IMG/VR virus record: IMGVR_UViG_3300042559_000447
Coordinates: 7,662-71,661 of that record
Reading direction: 5' to 3' (one strand)
Length of the DNA stretch: 64,000 nt
Source: a virus
In this document: positions 37,778 to 46,634 of the stretch, piece after piece
Position numbering within the stretch: position 1 is the first letter of the stretch
Layout of the letters: each line of letters begins with the position of its first letter
Program-made: the position numbers and the translations under genes
The notes under the pieces: generated by a model
The model's database searches: none
The model's input: only the letters and a program-made list of their open reading frames with translations
What the model was told of the DNA's origin: nothing

Positions 37778-37911
37778 TTGCCTTGCCCATTATATGGTTT
37801 TACATAGTTTTTGCTAGACTTAGACTTACTAGCCTTTGTCTTAGCATGGACTCCGGGTCTCTTGATAGAGGGTTTCGGAGTCCACTTGCTGACAGAAGTG
37901 GTTTTTGCCAT
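37774..37911 (-). CDS. Small basic protein (45 aa, below cutoff)
   Basis: MAKTTSVSKWTPKPSIKRPGVHAKTKASKSKSSKNYVKPYNGQGK; coupled both sides. Confidence 0.7.
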   Translation of the reverse strand: MAKTTSVSKWTPKPSIKRPGVHAKTKASKSKSSKNYVKPYNGQGK

Positions 37912-38033
37912 TACTTCTTTTTAGACATTTTCTTAGCCATTACTTTCTTAGCAGCAGCTTTAGCCATTGGCTTTTCCATCATCTTACCAGGCTTAGACAT
38001 CATCTTAGCACTAGTTTTCTTACCGTACATCAT
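37911..38033 (-). CDS. Small K/M/A-rich protein (40 aa, below cutoff)
   Basis: MMYGKKTSAKMMSKPGKMMEKPMAKAAAKKVMAKKMSKKK; TATATTTG 3 nt upstream. Confidence 0.65.
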   Translation of the reverse strand: MMYGKKTSAKMMSKPGKMMEKPMAKAAAKKVMAKKMSKKK

Positions 38034-38045
38034 ATACAAATATAA

Positions 38046-38237
38046 TTATTTTTTTCGTTTAGAAAGCCCTTTTGAAACAGCGGAGGTAATCATCTTCTCC
38101 ATCTTCTTCATCTTAGCTGCTTTTTCTGCCTTTTCTTTCTTCTTGTAGGCAGCACTTTCTTCTTTCTCGATCTCGATTTTCATACCCTTGGGTACGCTAA
38201 TGGATCTACTTGCGGATTTCTTTATAGATTTTTTCAT
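38046..38237 (-). CDS. Small lysine-rich protein
   Basis: 63 aa, about one-third Lys. Confidence 0.6.
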   Translation of the reverse strand: MKKSIKKSASRSISVPKGMKIEIEKEESAAYKKKEKAEKAAKMKKMEKMITSAVSKGLSKRKK

Positions 38238-38238
38238 A

Positions 38239-38544
38239 TTAACTTCCCTTCTTCCATTTTTTGCTTGGAGAAGCAGTCTTACTCGGACTCCATTTTACTT
38301 TGTCAGCCCAATAGGCAGCAGACATCTTTCCCTTAGAAATGTTCTTGGCATGACGAGATTTAAACGCCTCACGCTGACCAGCAGTTTGATTTGTTTTAAC
38401 GCCTTGTTGTCCAAAGCGAAGAGTCTTCACTTTGTCACCTTCTTTTGCCACTACTATGTGACTTTTCTTGGGATGACTAGGAGTGGCCTTGGGTTTATTA
38501 TAACCTGAGACCCCAGCCCTTGCTAATCTAGGATCCTTTTTCAT
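38239..38544 (-). CDS. Conserved basic phage protein
   Basis: NKPK.TP.HP.KSH.V...RFGQQG...FK.RH...SAAYWA..VKW. Confidence 0.75.
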   Translation of the reverse strand: MKKDPRLARAGVSGYNKPKATPSHPKKSHIVVAKEGDKVKTLRFGQQGVKTNQTAGQREAFKSRHAKNISKGKMSAAYWADKVKWSPSKTASPSKKWKKGS

Positions 38545-38737
38545 ATCTTCTTACAAATTTTTCTGCAACAGAACCGGCAACCATTGTCATGGTCACAAAC
38601 TCAACAGCCTCTACAGCTTCATTCTTTTCTGTTTTAAACATAAAAACAATGATGCATAGAAACCCAATAGTCCCTAAAACTCTCTTATGTGACACACCGT
38701 CACTCCCAGAGAACATTTCTTTTATAAATTGTTTCAT
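38528..38737 (-). CDS. Putative holin
   Basis: SHKRVLG followed by two hydrophobic segments. Confidence 0.5.
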   Translation of the reverse strand: MKQFIKEMFSGSDGVSHKRVLGTIGFLCIIVFMFKTEKNEAVEAVEFVTMTMVAGSVAEKFVRRYEKGS

Positions 38738-38738
38738 A

Positions 38739-40556
38739 TTATAATAATGCCGATAATTGGTCTCCGGTACTATCTACAGTAGCAGCATTCTTTAAACGCT
38801 TTCCTATAGATCCAGCCGTATTTAATGTACTAGTCTGCACGTTCCACACGTCTTGAGGTGAAAGCACAGCCGTTCCAATTGTGTTGTCTACAGGTACACC
38901 GAACGCTACAGACGCAGGACTAGGCATCCGCAATGTCCCTGTCAATGTTCCAGACGCATACACAGTATTAAATCTTACGTTATTTACAGCAGGAGCATCT
39001 ACAGCATAACCGGGTTGTAACATCCGTGCGGCTGGGGCAATTGCACCAGGCTGTACCGCACCATTAGTGGTTTCATCTCTAAACTCAAAGTAAGAAGTAT
39101 TTGATGGTATTAAGTGCATTCGGACACATTGAAATGGCACGAATCCATATTCATTACACACAAACGGCCCCGACAATAAGTTTATAGCAGAGGCGTTAGA
39201 CGAAACAAAACCTACCGAGTTTCTACCTGCATAAATAGCACCTACTTGATTTATGTAAGAGGCGGTGGTACAGTTTATTGCTTGATAATTATTTGTACCG
39301 GCAGAGTTTCCTGCATATAAATTACCTGTAATATAAACAGTTGCAATCCCTGTTATTTGTATTCCCCAATCACTAGCCCCAAGATTTTCACCGCCATATA
39401 CGTTCCCAGTAATATTTAAATTACCTACGTTAAAAATAATTCCGTAACCATTATTATTAAATGAAGAACTTCCATAAACATTTCCGGTAACATTCAATGT
39501 GCCTCCTGCACCAAACCAAATACCTGCTACTGGTCCGTTAGTTATAGACCCCAGCACATTACCAATAACAGTCAAAGTGCAAGACACATCTGTAAATATA
39601 GCATTTGAAAATCCACCGTATACTCTTCCTGTTACATTGACAACTGCTCCTGCTGTTGTTGTAATATATAAATTTCTACTATTGCCGTTAGTAGCAGCTG
39701 GCTCTAAATTACCTGTTATATTTAATGTTCCTCCCGCTGTTACCTTTATTGTAGATGCCACAGTTGTATTTATTGTAGGTCTAAGTATATTTCCAGTACC
39801 ACAGTTTATTGTTGCCGTACCATTGCTTGAAAAAGTAATTAAGTCAGTAGACGCAGCAGATAATCCTGTTGTTCCTGTAGTAGTTACTGTAATGCCAGAA
39901 GGTAATATAAATCCCCCTCCTGCTACTGCATTTTGCATATAGGAGGCACTACTAAACATTCTAATTTCACTAATACCGTAGTTACTAATTGAATTATCTC
40001 TTGCAGAAGTGAACACAATTCTATATTTAAAATAAGAAGTAGTGTTGGTTATGGTATAACTTAAGGTAGTAGCTGAATTAAATAGTTGGTTTATTTGCGT
40101 ATCTAGTATAACCCAATCAGTCCCATTCCATGCTTGAAATGTCCAGTTCCTAGGGTTTAAATTACTGTAACCTGCCACACTTACACTGTAAATTGTAATC
40201 GTTTTTGCAATTGGAAATTCATAACCAAGCCATACTGTCCCCCCACTGAGTGATGTCCAGTTGTTTCCGATTCCGCTAGCAGGTGCTGGAGTATCAAAAG
40301 CCGCAAAGGGGTTATTACCATACCCCACATCACTAGCAGTTACAATTCCTGACGGAGTAGTATTGCTAGTCATTGCTGGATTCTCACTCGTATAATTTTG
40401 TGCTGTATTTGTTAGTCCCAGAGCGGTTATATTCTGGTCTATAGTTACCGTAAAACCATTTGTTGCTACAAAGTCATCAGACAAGGGTAATATGCCTGCA
40501 CTCCACGTTGCTGGGTTAGACCAGTTTCCATTTGCAACTGCTACTTTTAATCCCAT
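38739..40556 (-). CDS. Tail fibre/spike-like protein with discoidin (F5/8-like) and beta-helix regions
   Basis: MTSNTTPSG...AFD...W.FQAWNG.DW; G/N/T-rich repeats; paralog of next gene. Confidence 0.7.
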   Translation of the reverse strand: MGLKVAVANGNWSNPATWSAGILPLSDDFVATNGFTVTIDQNITALGLTNTAQNYTSENPAMTSNTTPSGIVTASDVGYGNNPFAAFDTPAPASGIGNNWTSLSGGTVWLGYEFPIAKTITIYSVSVAGYSNLNPRNWTFQAWNGTDWVILDTQINQLFNSATTLSYTITNTTSYFKYRIVFTSARDNSISNYGISEIRMFSSASYMQNAVAGGGFILPSGITVTTTGTTGLSAASTDLITFSSNGTATINCGTGNILRPTINTTVASTIKVTAGGTLNITGNLEPAATNGNSRNLYITTTAGAVVNVTGRVYGGFSNAIFTDVSCTLTVIGNVLGSITNGPVAGIWFGAGGTLNVTGNVYGSSSFNNNGYGIIFNVGNLNITGNVYGGENLGASDWGIQITGIATVYITGNLYAGNSAGTNNYQAINCTTASYINQVGAIYAGRNSVGFVSSNASAINLLSGPFVCNEYGFVPFQCVRMHLIPSNTSYFEFRDETTNGAVQPGAIAPAARMLQPGYAVDAPAVNNVRFNTVYASGTLTGTLRMPSPASVAFGVPVDNTIGTAVLSPQDVWNVQTSTLNTAGSIGKRLKNAATVDSTGDQLSALL

Positions 40557-40557
40557 A

Positions 40558-42294
40558 TTATATTAGTGCTGCTAGTTGATTCCCTGTTGAATCAACAGTA
40601 CTTGTATTTTTTAATCTTTCGCCTATACTACCAGAAGTGTTTAAACCGCTAGTCAAAACATTCCAAACATCATCCGCTGTTATTGCCCCTGTACCTATCG
40701 TATTGTCAACGTCTACACCTAATCTTACATTGCTAGCTGCTGGTACTCTCATCGTTCCTGTAAATGAACCTACGCCATATACTACCCCAAATCTCACGTT
40801 AGATACAGATGGTAAGTCTGATACCACTTCTGGAGAACTCATCCGTATTGCAGGGGCAGGAGCAGCAGGAGGCAATGCTCCGTTGGTAGAACTGTTTCTA
40901 AATTCGTAGTAGGAGCCAAGGGTTCTTTGGTAGTTCATCCGAGTAACGTACAAAGGAAGAATTGCATTTGAGCTAGAAATAAAAGGCCCTGTCAATATAT
41001 TAATGGCACCAGCTCCTATAGAGAAAAATCCAGATCGTGCCGGGCCTGCTTGTATTGTCCCAATGACTTTAATATAACTATTTGCGGTTGCATTTATACC
41101 TGAATAACTACTGTTTGAAGTTCCACAAACATTACCCACAACATTGAGAGTACTATTGTTATTCAAATTAATACCGTGAGATATACTGTCAGTAGTATTA
41201 AGCGGAAATACATTTCCCGTCATATTAACGATAGCACTTACCGCAGTGATGTTAACAATAGCAGTAAATGTACTACCTCCTGCTACTGGAAAAATATTGC
41301 CTGTAATGTTGACAGTTGCATTACCACTTATAGTAACTCCAATGCCAGAGTTACCCCCATAAATATCTCCAACTATATTACAAGTACTTATATTCGTAAT
41401 GCTTAAAGCGGTGTTAACTTGAAGACCAAAAATAGTTCCAGTAAAATTTAATGTCCCTGTTCCTGAAAACAAAACAGTAGGACCTCTTGTTACGCTTGTC
41501 GCAATATTTAATATGTTACCATTAAGATTTAGAGTACCCGAACCGCTATAAATTAATCCAGAGACCCCTGCTGCATTGTTATTTGCAGGAAGTATACTAG
41601 CATTAATAGTAGATATTCCTGAACCAGAGTATCTTAAACAAGTAGTAGTACCCGTAATCACCCCATTAGTACCAGTACAAGTAACAGTTAATCCATCATT
41701 AAGTATAAATCCTCCTCCTGCTACTGCTGGTGATGTACATAGGTATTCGTAAAAATTTATCTCCCTTATCCTTCTACTAGTACCACTATTTGTAATATTT
41801 AGTCGGTATTTTGCATATGGAGTAGAGTTTCCAATTAACGGACTAGTATATGTGCTTGCGTTTGTACCCGAATGTAAAACAATCCAATTTGTACCATCCC
41901 ATGCGTCAAAAGTCCAAGATGGAATTGTTGTCTCTGAAAAGAAATAGTATTGGTCAATTGCTATAGGAGCAGCAAACTCGTAAGCTACCCATGCACTATT
42001 ATCATACCTCCACTCCAAGGAGTTGCCGCCATCAAAAGCGTGCCAACCGGGGTAACCAGAAACCGACATAGACTCTGTGACTACTCCGATAGGAGTGGTA
42101 TATCCAGTCATATTTGGAACTGCATCAACTATAGCCTGTGCGGTATTTGTAAGAGTATCTACATTTATATTTTGATCAATAGTTACAGTAAAGTTATTGG
42201 ACGCAACAATATCTCCAGAATTAGGTAAAACGCCTCCATTCCAAGTAGATGGATTACTCCAGTTACCATTTGCAACAGCTACTCTTAATGCCAT
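40558..42294 (-). CDS. Tail fibre/spike-like protein, paralog of 38739-40556
   Basis: Shared VAVANGNWSNP.TW start and TVDSTG.QL.AL end. Confidence 0.7.
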   Translation of the reverse strand: MALRVAVANGNWSNPSTWNGGVLPNSGDIVASNNFTVTIDQNINVDTLTNTAQAIVDAVPNMTGYTTPIGVVTESMSVSGYPGWHAFDGGNSLEWRYDNSAWVAYEFAAPIAIDQYYFFSETTIPSWTFDAWDGTNWIVLHSGTNASTYTSPLIGNSTPYAKYRLNITNSGTSRRIREINFYEYLCTSPAVAGGGFILNDGLTVTCTGTNGVITGTTTCLRYSGSGISTINASILPANNNAAGVSGLIYSGSGTLNLNGNILNIATSVTRGPTVLFSGTGTLNFTGTIFGLQVNTALSITNISTCNIVGDIYGGNSGIGVTISGNATVNITGNIFPVAGGSTFTAIVNITAVSAIVNMTGNVFPLNTTDSISHGINLNNNSTLNVVGNVCGTSNSSYSGINATANSYIKVIGTIQAGPARSGFFSIGAGAINILTGPFISSSNAILPLYVTRMNYQRTLGSYYEFRNSSTNGALPPAAPAPAIRMSSPEVVSDLPSVSNVRFGVVYGVGSFTGTMRVPAASNVRLGVDVDNTIGTGAITADDVWNVLTSGLNTSGSIGERLKNTSTVDSTGNQLAALI

Positions 42295-42296
42295 GA

Positions 42297-42587
42297 TTAA
42301 AGACCTTTATCAGTTATAAATTCTTGTAGTATATTCATAATCCCTGTCACCGCTTTCTCGAATGCAGGGTCGCTCTCTGCTACCTCGAATACGTCTAGTA
42401 TGGACACAGCCTTAGCGTAGTCAGGTTGAGCCTCTATTCCTCCCAGCTCCAAGTCTCTATATGGAGTTAATCTCAACGCAACAGACGCTCCCCTTGGAGG
42501 ATCGTATGGGCTGATAGAAAGGTTTACCAAAAAGTAAGGGTACTCTACCCCGTCTACTATTGTTGGATTTGAACTTATTAATGGCAT
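42297..42587 (-). CDS. Hypothetical fibre-associated protein
   Basis: 96 aa in late operon. Confidence 0.6.
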   Translation of the reverse strand: MPLISSNPTIVDGVEYPYFLVNLSISPYDPPRGASVALRLTPYRDLELGGIEAQPDYAKAVSILDVFEVAESDPAFEKAVTGIMNILQEFITDKGL

Positions 42588-42589
42588 AA

Positions 42590-42991
42590 TTATGTGTATA
42601 TATGTGTGTATCTTCCGGTCCAGTTTACGTTATTTGCTGTTGTAACAGTTGTTGTTCCGTCATCTAGTATCTGTATTCTTGTTACAAGCCATACATTTGA
42701 TGATTCTGAGGCCCCAGCATCTGCCTTACCACAATAAGAGTAAGGAGACACAAAATCTTGTCTCAATTCCTTTTCTAGAGCAGGAGGTGGTCCACCATAT
42801 GTCAACTCACCAGTTGCTGGATTATAGTAAACCAAACTTCCGGTTGTGCCAGATGGTAGATTTGTACTAGTCTCGTCAGTAACGGCCAAAGATCCACCGA
42901 CAGTCATCTGACCAGCAACATCCATCTCACCGCCAACGTTTACCTGACCTTCGACTTCTAGCTGTCCATATAGTTTATGTCTCTGTCCCAT
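42590..42991 (-). CDS. Structural protein
   Basis: Y.G.A..G..ES..W.I.RI C-terminal motif. Confidence 0.6.
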   Translation of the reverse strand: MGQRHKLYGQLEVEGQVNVGGEMDVAGQMTVGGSLAVTDETSTNLPSGTTGSLVYYNPATGELTYGGPPPALEKELRQDFVSPYSYCGKADAGASESSNVWLVTRIQILDDGTTTVTTANNVNWTGRYTHIYT

Positions 42992-44313
42992 TAGTATGTA
43001 GCCTCCACTATTTCTAGTTTAGATATTGCATTTATCTGTACTGATCCTGCTCCTGCAAAGGTAGGGAATTGGAATTGTAAGTTCAAGTTCTGAGACCCCC
43101 CGACAGAATAGTTCATCAATGCTGTGGTCATAGACGCATCAAATCCAGCCTCAGAAGACACGATAGCAACCAAAGTGGATATTCCACCTATTCTCTTAAA
43201 CACAAGCCTTGTGGTCTCAGAATAAGTATCCCCAATTGACATCCCAGGAGCATCACCAATAACATTTATTACCGTAGCAATAGTATCAATGGTTACATTC
43301 CAAGTGGCGTTGGGAACTGATGGTTCTATCAGCCCAGTAACTCCTGTACCATCTAAACTCAAATCCATAAATGTTCCACTCGGTTGTAACATGGTTCTAT
43401 AAGCAACCAAGGTCTTTGTGTAAAGGACGCTACCCCCGTCCCCATTCTCCCATACACCAAGAGACTGATTATACTTTAATACCTGTCCGTCCGTTGGAGA
43501 ACTTATTAATACGTTGTGTAACTCGTCTAGCTCATAACCGTTATCTACCTTTACGAATATCTTACCTTGATTGGCATGAGCGTAAACAACATATCCAACA
43601 ATAAGGGTATGCTGTGGGGCTTGTGGCTTTACTTTAGTAAGAGCACCTGGGGTTGTTGGACTTAAATAAAGAACATCTCCGTCCACCCAAGTCTCACCCT
43701 GAAGAGAACCTGTAGTGTTTATCTTGTTTACGTTTCCAAAGACGGTTATAAAACCTTCTTGGTTATTATCTATGTTTTCAGTAACAATCCCTAATGTAGT
43801 TGCTGAGTCTGGATCATTGTCACCCTGTGCTAAAACAACAGCAAGTCTTTGACCCTGAGCCCCACCCTCTGAGGCAAGCCTGACCCTAACTACTTTGTAC
43901 TGAGACTCTAATAAATTAGCACCTGTTTTATTTACAACACGAACTACAGTTTCTTGACCTACCTGTAATGTAACATTGCCTCCCTTTAATCTCAAGTCAG
44001 CAGTTCCGTCTACATCATTCCAAGCAAACATACCGGTCTGAAGTGCAGGGGTTGCTGCCGTGTCTAACTGAACATAGTCGGTAGTAATTCCACCCGTATC
44101 AATAGCATTAGTTGTGGTCGAACCTAAGTCAGTTACGTCTTGTAGGTCCTGAGTCCCACCCCCACCGCCTATTACAATGGTTTCTAACTCAGCAACAATT
44201 CGTCTGAGTCTATTCTCTTCGTCTTTGTATTTTTGGTCACGAGTCTGCTTGTATAATCTTAAAAGATCATTAGCCTGTTTTAGTATCTCTTGTCTCGTAA
44301 CATCAAACGCCAT
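42991..44313 (-). CDS. Fibre/structural protein
   Basis: LQDVTD.G.TT, GD.LYLS..PG.LT..P, ELDELHNV.I..P..GQVL.Y...W.N. Confidence 0.7.
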   Translation of the reverse strand: MAFDVTRQEILKQANDLLRLYKQTRDQKYKDEENRLRRIVAELETIVIGGGGGTQDLQDVTDLGSTTTNAIDTGGITTDYVQLDTAATPALQTGMFAWNDVDGTADLRLKGGNVTLQVGQETVVRVVNKTGANLLESQYKVVRVRLASEGGAQGQRLAVVLAQGDNDPDSATTLGIVTENIDNNQEGFITVFGNVNKINTTGSLQGETWVDGDVLYLSPTTPGALTKVKPQAPQHTLIVGYVVYAHANQGKIFVKVDNGYELDELHNVLISSPTDGQVLKYNQSLGVWENGDGGSVLYTKTLVAYRTMLQPSGTFMDLSLDGTGVTGLIEPSVPNATWNVTIDTIATVINVIGDAPGMSIGDTYSETTRLVFKRIGGISTLVAIVSSEAGFDASMTTALMNYSVGGSQNLNLQFQFPTFAGAGSVQINAISKLEIVEATY

Positions 44314-44963
44314 TATAAAGTTTTAAGCATTTCAATCAATTCGGGCTGAGGAAACACATCGCTCTTATCGTAGCGGACACTAACGTGGGAGTAAACTCCG
44401 GGTTCACCACGTAACGCCTTAGGATATACGTCCCAAATCTTTTCGTCATACGTAAGAGGAATATTTAACTTCTGACCCCAGAATAATAATAATTTGCGAG
44501 TACTCTCGATTTGTTCTTTTGTATACTTGTGCCAAAATCTGCTACCTCTGAACTCAAATGGTAAAACGCAAACATCGTCTGGTTCTATTATCTGTCCGTA
44601 AATAGTTTTATAATTCAAACCAAATGGAACAACAGGACCGTAAGAACATAACTCTATACCTATGGATATTTTGTCCAAAGAAACATAAGGTAAACCGTGC
44701 TTCTCAAATACGCCTTCTTTTAAGCCTAAATGAAATGCCCAATACTTAGATGAGAACGCTTGAACAATCTTACCATCACGGGATATGCACACCGCTGTTC
44801 CGATTTTAATCTTATCGTTTTTCCAAATATCAATAGTCTTCTCACCGCTTGGGCCTCCGACTGTATGATGCAAGTAAATCTGTTTCTTAACAGTCTCCTG
44901 CTTCACGTACTGATCGTCTGGAAGCGGATGCATTACGATATTTAATTCTTCAAACTTTATCAT
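44313..44963 (-). CDS. N-acetylmuramoyl-L-alanine amidase (Amidase_2) endolysin
   Basis: IYLHHT, WAFH, SIGIEL, YT.EQ, SH...R.DK.D. Confidence 0.85.
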   Translation of the reverse strand: MIKFEELNIVMHPLPDDQYVKQETVKKQIYLHHTVGGPSGEKTIDIWKNDKIKIGTAVCISRDGKIVQAFSSKYWAFHLGLKEGVFEKHGLPYVSLDKISIGIELCSYGPVVPFGLNYKTIYGQIIEPDDVCVLPFEFRGSRFWHKYTKEQIESTRKLLLFWGQKLNIPLTYDEKIWDVYPKALRGEPGVYSHVSVRYDKSDVFPQPELIEMLKTL

Positions 44964-45667
44964 AATACGTCTCCTGATACCATAAATGTATTTGCATCAA
45001 TGCACACAATCTCAACTCTTCTACCACCAGTTATTCTTCCGGGAAGAGATACGTTACCTGTTGTGTTAGGTCCTAAAATCAAACCTGCTGCGCTGCTAAT
45101 CAAAACATCTCCTACCGATCTTGTACAAATGGTAAAGAAAGCACCAGGGCTTATTGTGGGTTCTAATGTAAATATTGCTGTTCCTGTAGTATGACTAGTT
45201 ACAAATACCACACGACTTTGCAAGTCTGTAAGAGATACGCCTGTACCAGTTAGAACAGGAGTTACTACTCTTCTATTTCTTGCTACAATTGAAGGGATAC
45301 GATTGTTGTCTATCTCTCCACTTGCTATGTTACTAGCGTTTAGGTTAGTGATCTGAGACCCATCGTTAGATGGATACTTACCTGTGTTATCTAGTTTAAC
45401 TAGTTGATTAGTGCCGTTGAAAGTATTTCCTTGAAGAGTTACACTTGCGCTCAAACGAGAGTTTGATAACGTACCACTTGTAATGTCACCAGCATCAATT
45501 GGACCACCTCCACCGAATAAAACGAGTAAATCGGCATGGCTTATCTTTTTAGTCTTACCTTGAATTCCTTCTGTGTTATCAGAAGAATCAAGAATTATAT
45601 AGTAGTCATCATTTGCTACTACACTTATTGAGTCTAACTCGCTTATTCTTTTTGGTTCAAATGCCAT
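44960..45667 (-). CDS. Structural/fibre protein
   Basis: Start moved to ATG 45667 (MAFEPKRISEL); ITSGTL.N.RL and LNASNI.SG repeats. Confidence 0.65.
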   Translation of the reverse strand: MAFEPKRISELDSISVVANDDYYIILDSSDNTEGIQGKTKKISHADLLVLFGGGGPIDAGDITSGTLSNSRLSASVTLQGNTFNGTNQLVKLDNTGKYPSNDGSQITNLNASNIASGEIDNNRIPSIVARNRRVVTPVLTGTGVSLTDLQSRVVFVTSHTTGTAIFTLEPTISPGAFFTICTRSVGDVLISSAAGLILGPNTTGNVSLPGRITGGRRVEIVCIDANTFMVSGDVL

Positions 45668-46053
45668 TATAATATAATTTGATATCCGTTTTCTTGTAAC
45701 AACCAAGTTCCGTTCTGTAGAAGAATGAATCCTCCAAGATCTGCCTTAGCCGCAAGTTCCTCGCCCTTCTCTGTTAAAAGAAAAGCATCTATTTCTGCCT
45801 GACTAACTGAGCAGCTAGCACAATTCTTACTCCATCTATTGGCCACAGAGATTACCTTGTCCACACTCTCATCATAGCAGTCTATGTTTTCTAAACACCA
45901 AAGTAAGAACAAACCTTTCTTTTGGCTTTTTTCAATTTCACAACAAGGCTTGTCATACTTCTTAGCAGTCGAAATTTTCTGCTCGGCTTCCACCAAAGCA
46001 TTACGAACAACCAAGTAAGTTCCAATATAGCTATATAGAGTAGCAAAAATCAT
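45667..46053 (-). CDS. Hypothetical structural protein
   Basis: Ends ILLQNG..LLQENG..I.L. Confidence 0.6.
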   Translation of the reverse strand: MIFATLYSYIGTYLVVRNALVEAEQKISTAKKYDKPCCEIEKSQKKGLFLLWCLENIDCYDESVDKVISVANRWSKNCASCSVSQAEIDAFLLTEKGEELAAKADLGGFILLQNGTWLLQENGYQIIL

Positions 46054-46598
46054 TAGCAGTTACAATTGTAGGAATAGGGTGAACAATCTGTGAGCATATC
46101 ACTAATCTCCTCATACAACTCTTGCGCTAGTATATACTCTTCGCATAGGAACGCCTGAACCATTTTATCGTACATTGTCTTAATCTCCTCGAAGTTGTTT
46201 GTATCCATATCTCCGAGAGCTAAGGCTCCAATTTGGCACTTCAAGTCGTTATCACGCAATGCATACTTTGTTACTGTATAGGCTACTGAGCTTATTGTGT
46301 AAGTTACTACGTATCTCCATACTCCGTCTTGTACTGTTACACCAGAGGTTAAGTTATACGCTCTGTCTACAGTTGTGAAGAATGATGTTGACAATAAGTT
46401 TAAAGCCGTTATGTTTGGAGTTGCGCTTCCTGGATAAAAGATATTTAAAGTTATTGCTGTTACCGGAGGGTTGGTGTAGGCAGGGTTCGGAGACCCCCAC
46501 CCACCTACGTTAGTTACCGCATTATAGTTGCCAGTATCCTCAGTGATAATGATGCTATCTTTATTGTTGAGGATACCTATTTTCAAATCGAGTGCCAT
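46053..46598 (-). CDS. Hypothetical structural protein
   Basis: DTG.Y....N..GWG.PN; TATATTTG 4 nt upstream. Confidence 0.6.
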   Translation of the reverse strand: MALDLKIGILNNKDSIIITEDTGNYNAVTNVGGWGSPNPAYTNPPVTAITLNIFYPGSATPNITALNLLSTSFFTTVDRAYNLTSGVTVQDGVWRYVVTYTISSVAYTVTKYALRDNDLKCQIGALALGDMDTNNFEEIKTMYDKMVQAFLCEEYILAQELYEEISDMLTDCSPYSYNCNC

Positions 46599-46634
46599 AG
46601 TACAAATATAATCAATTTTGTTTCAAATACCAAC

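Noticed and set aside
37666-38508. Hydrophobic plus-strand ORFs 37666-38148 and 38188-38508
   Set aside because: Antisense shadows of Lys-rich minus-strand genes
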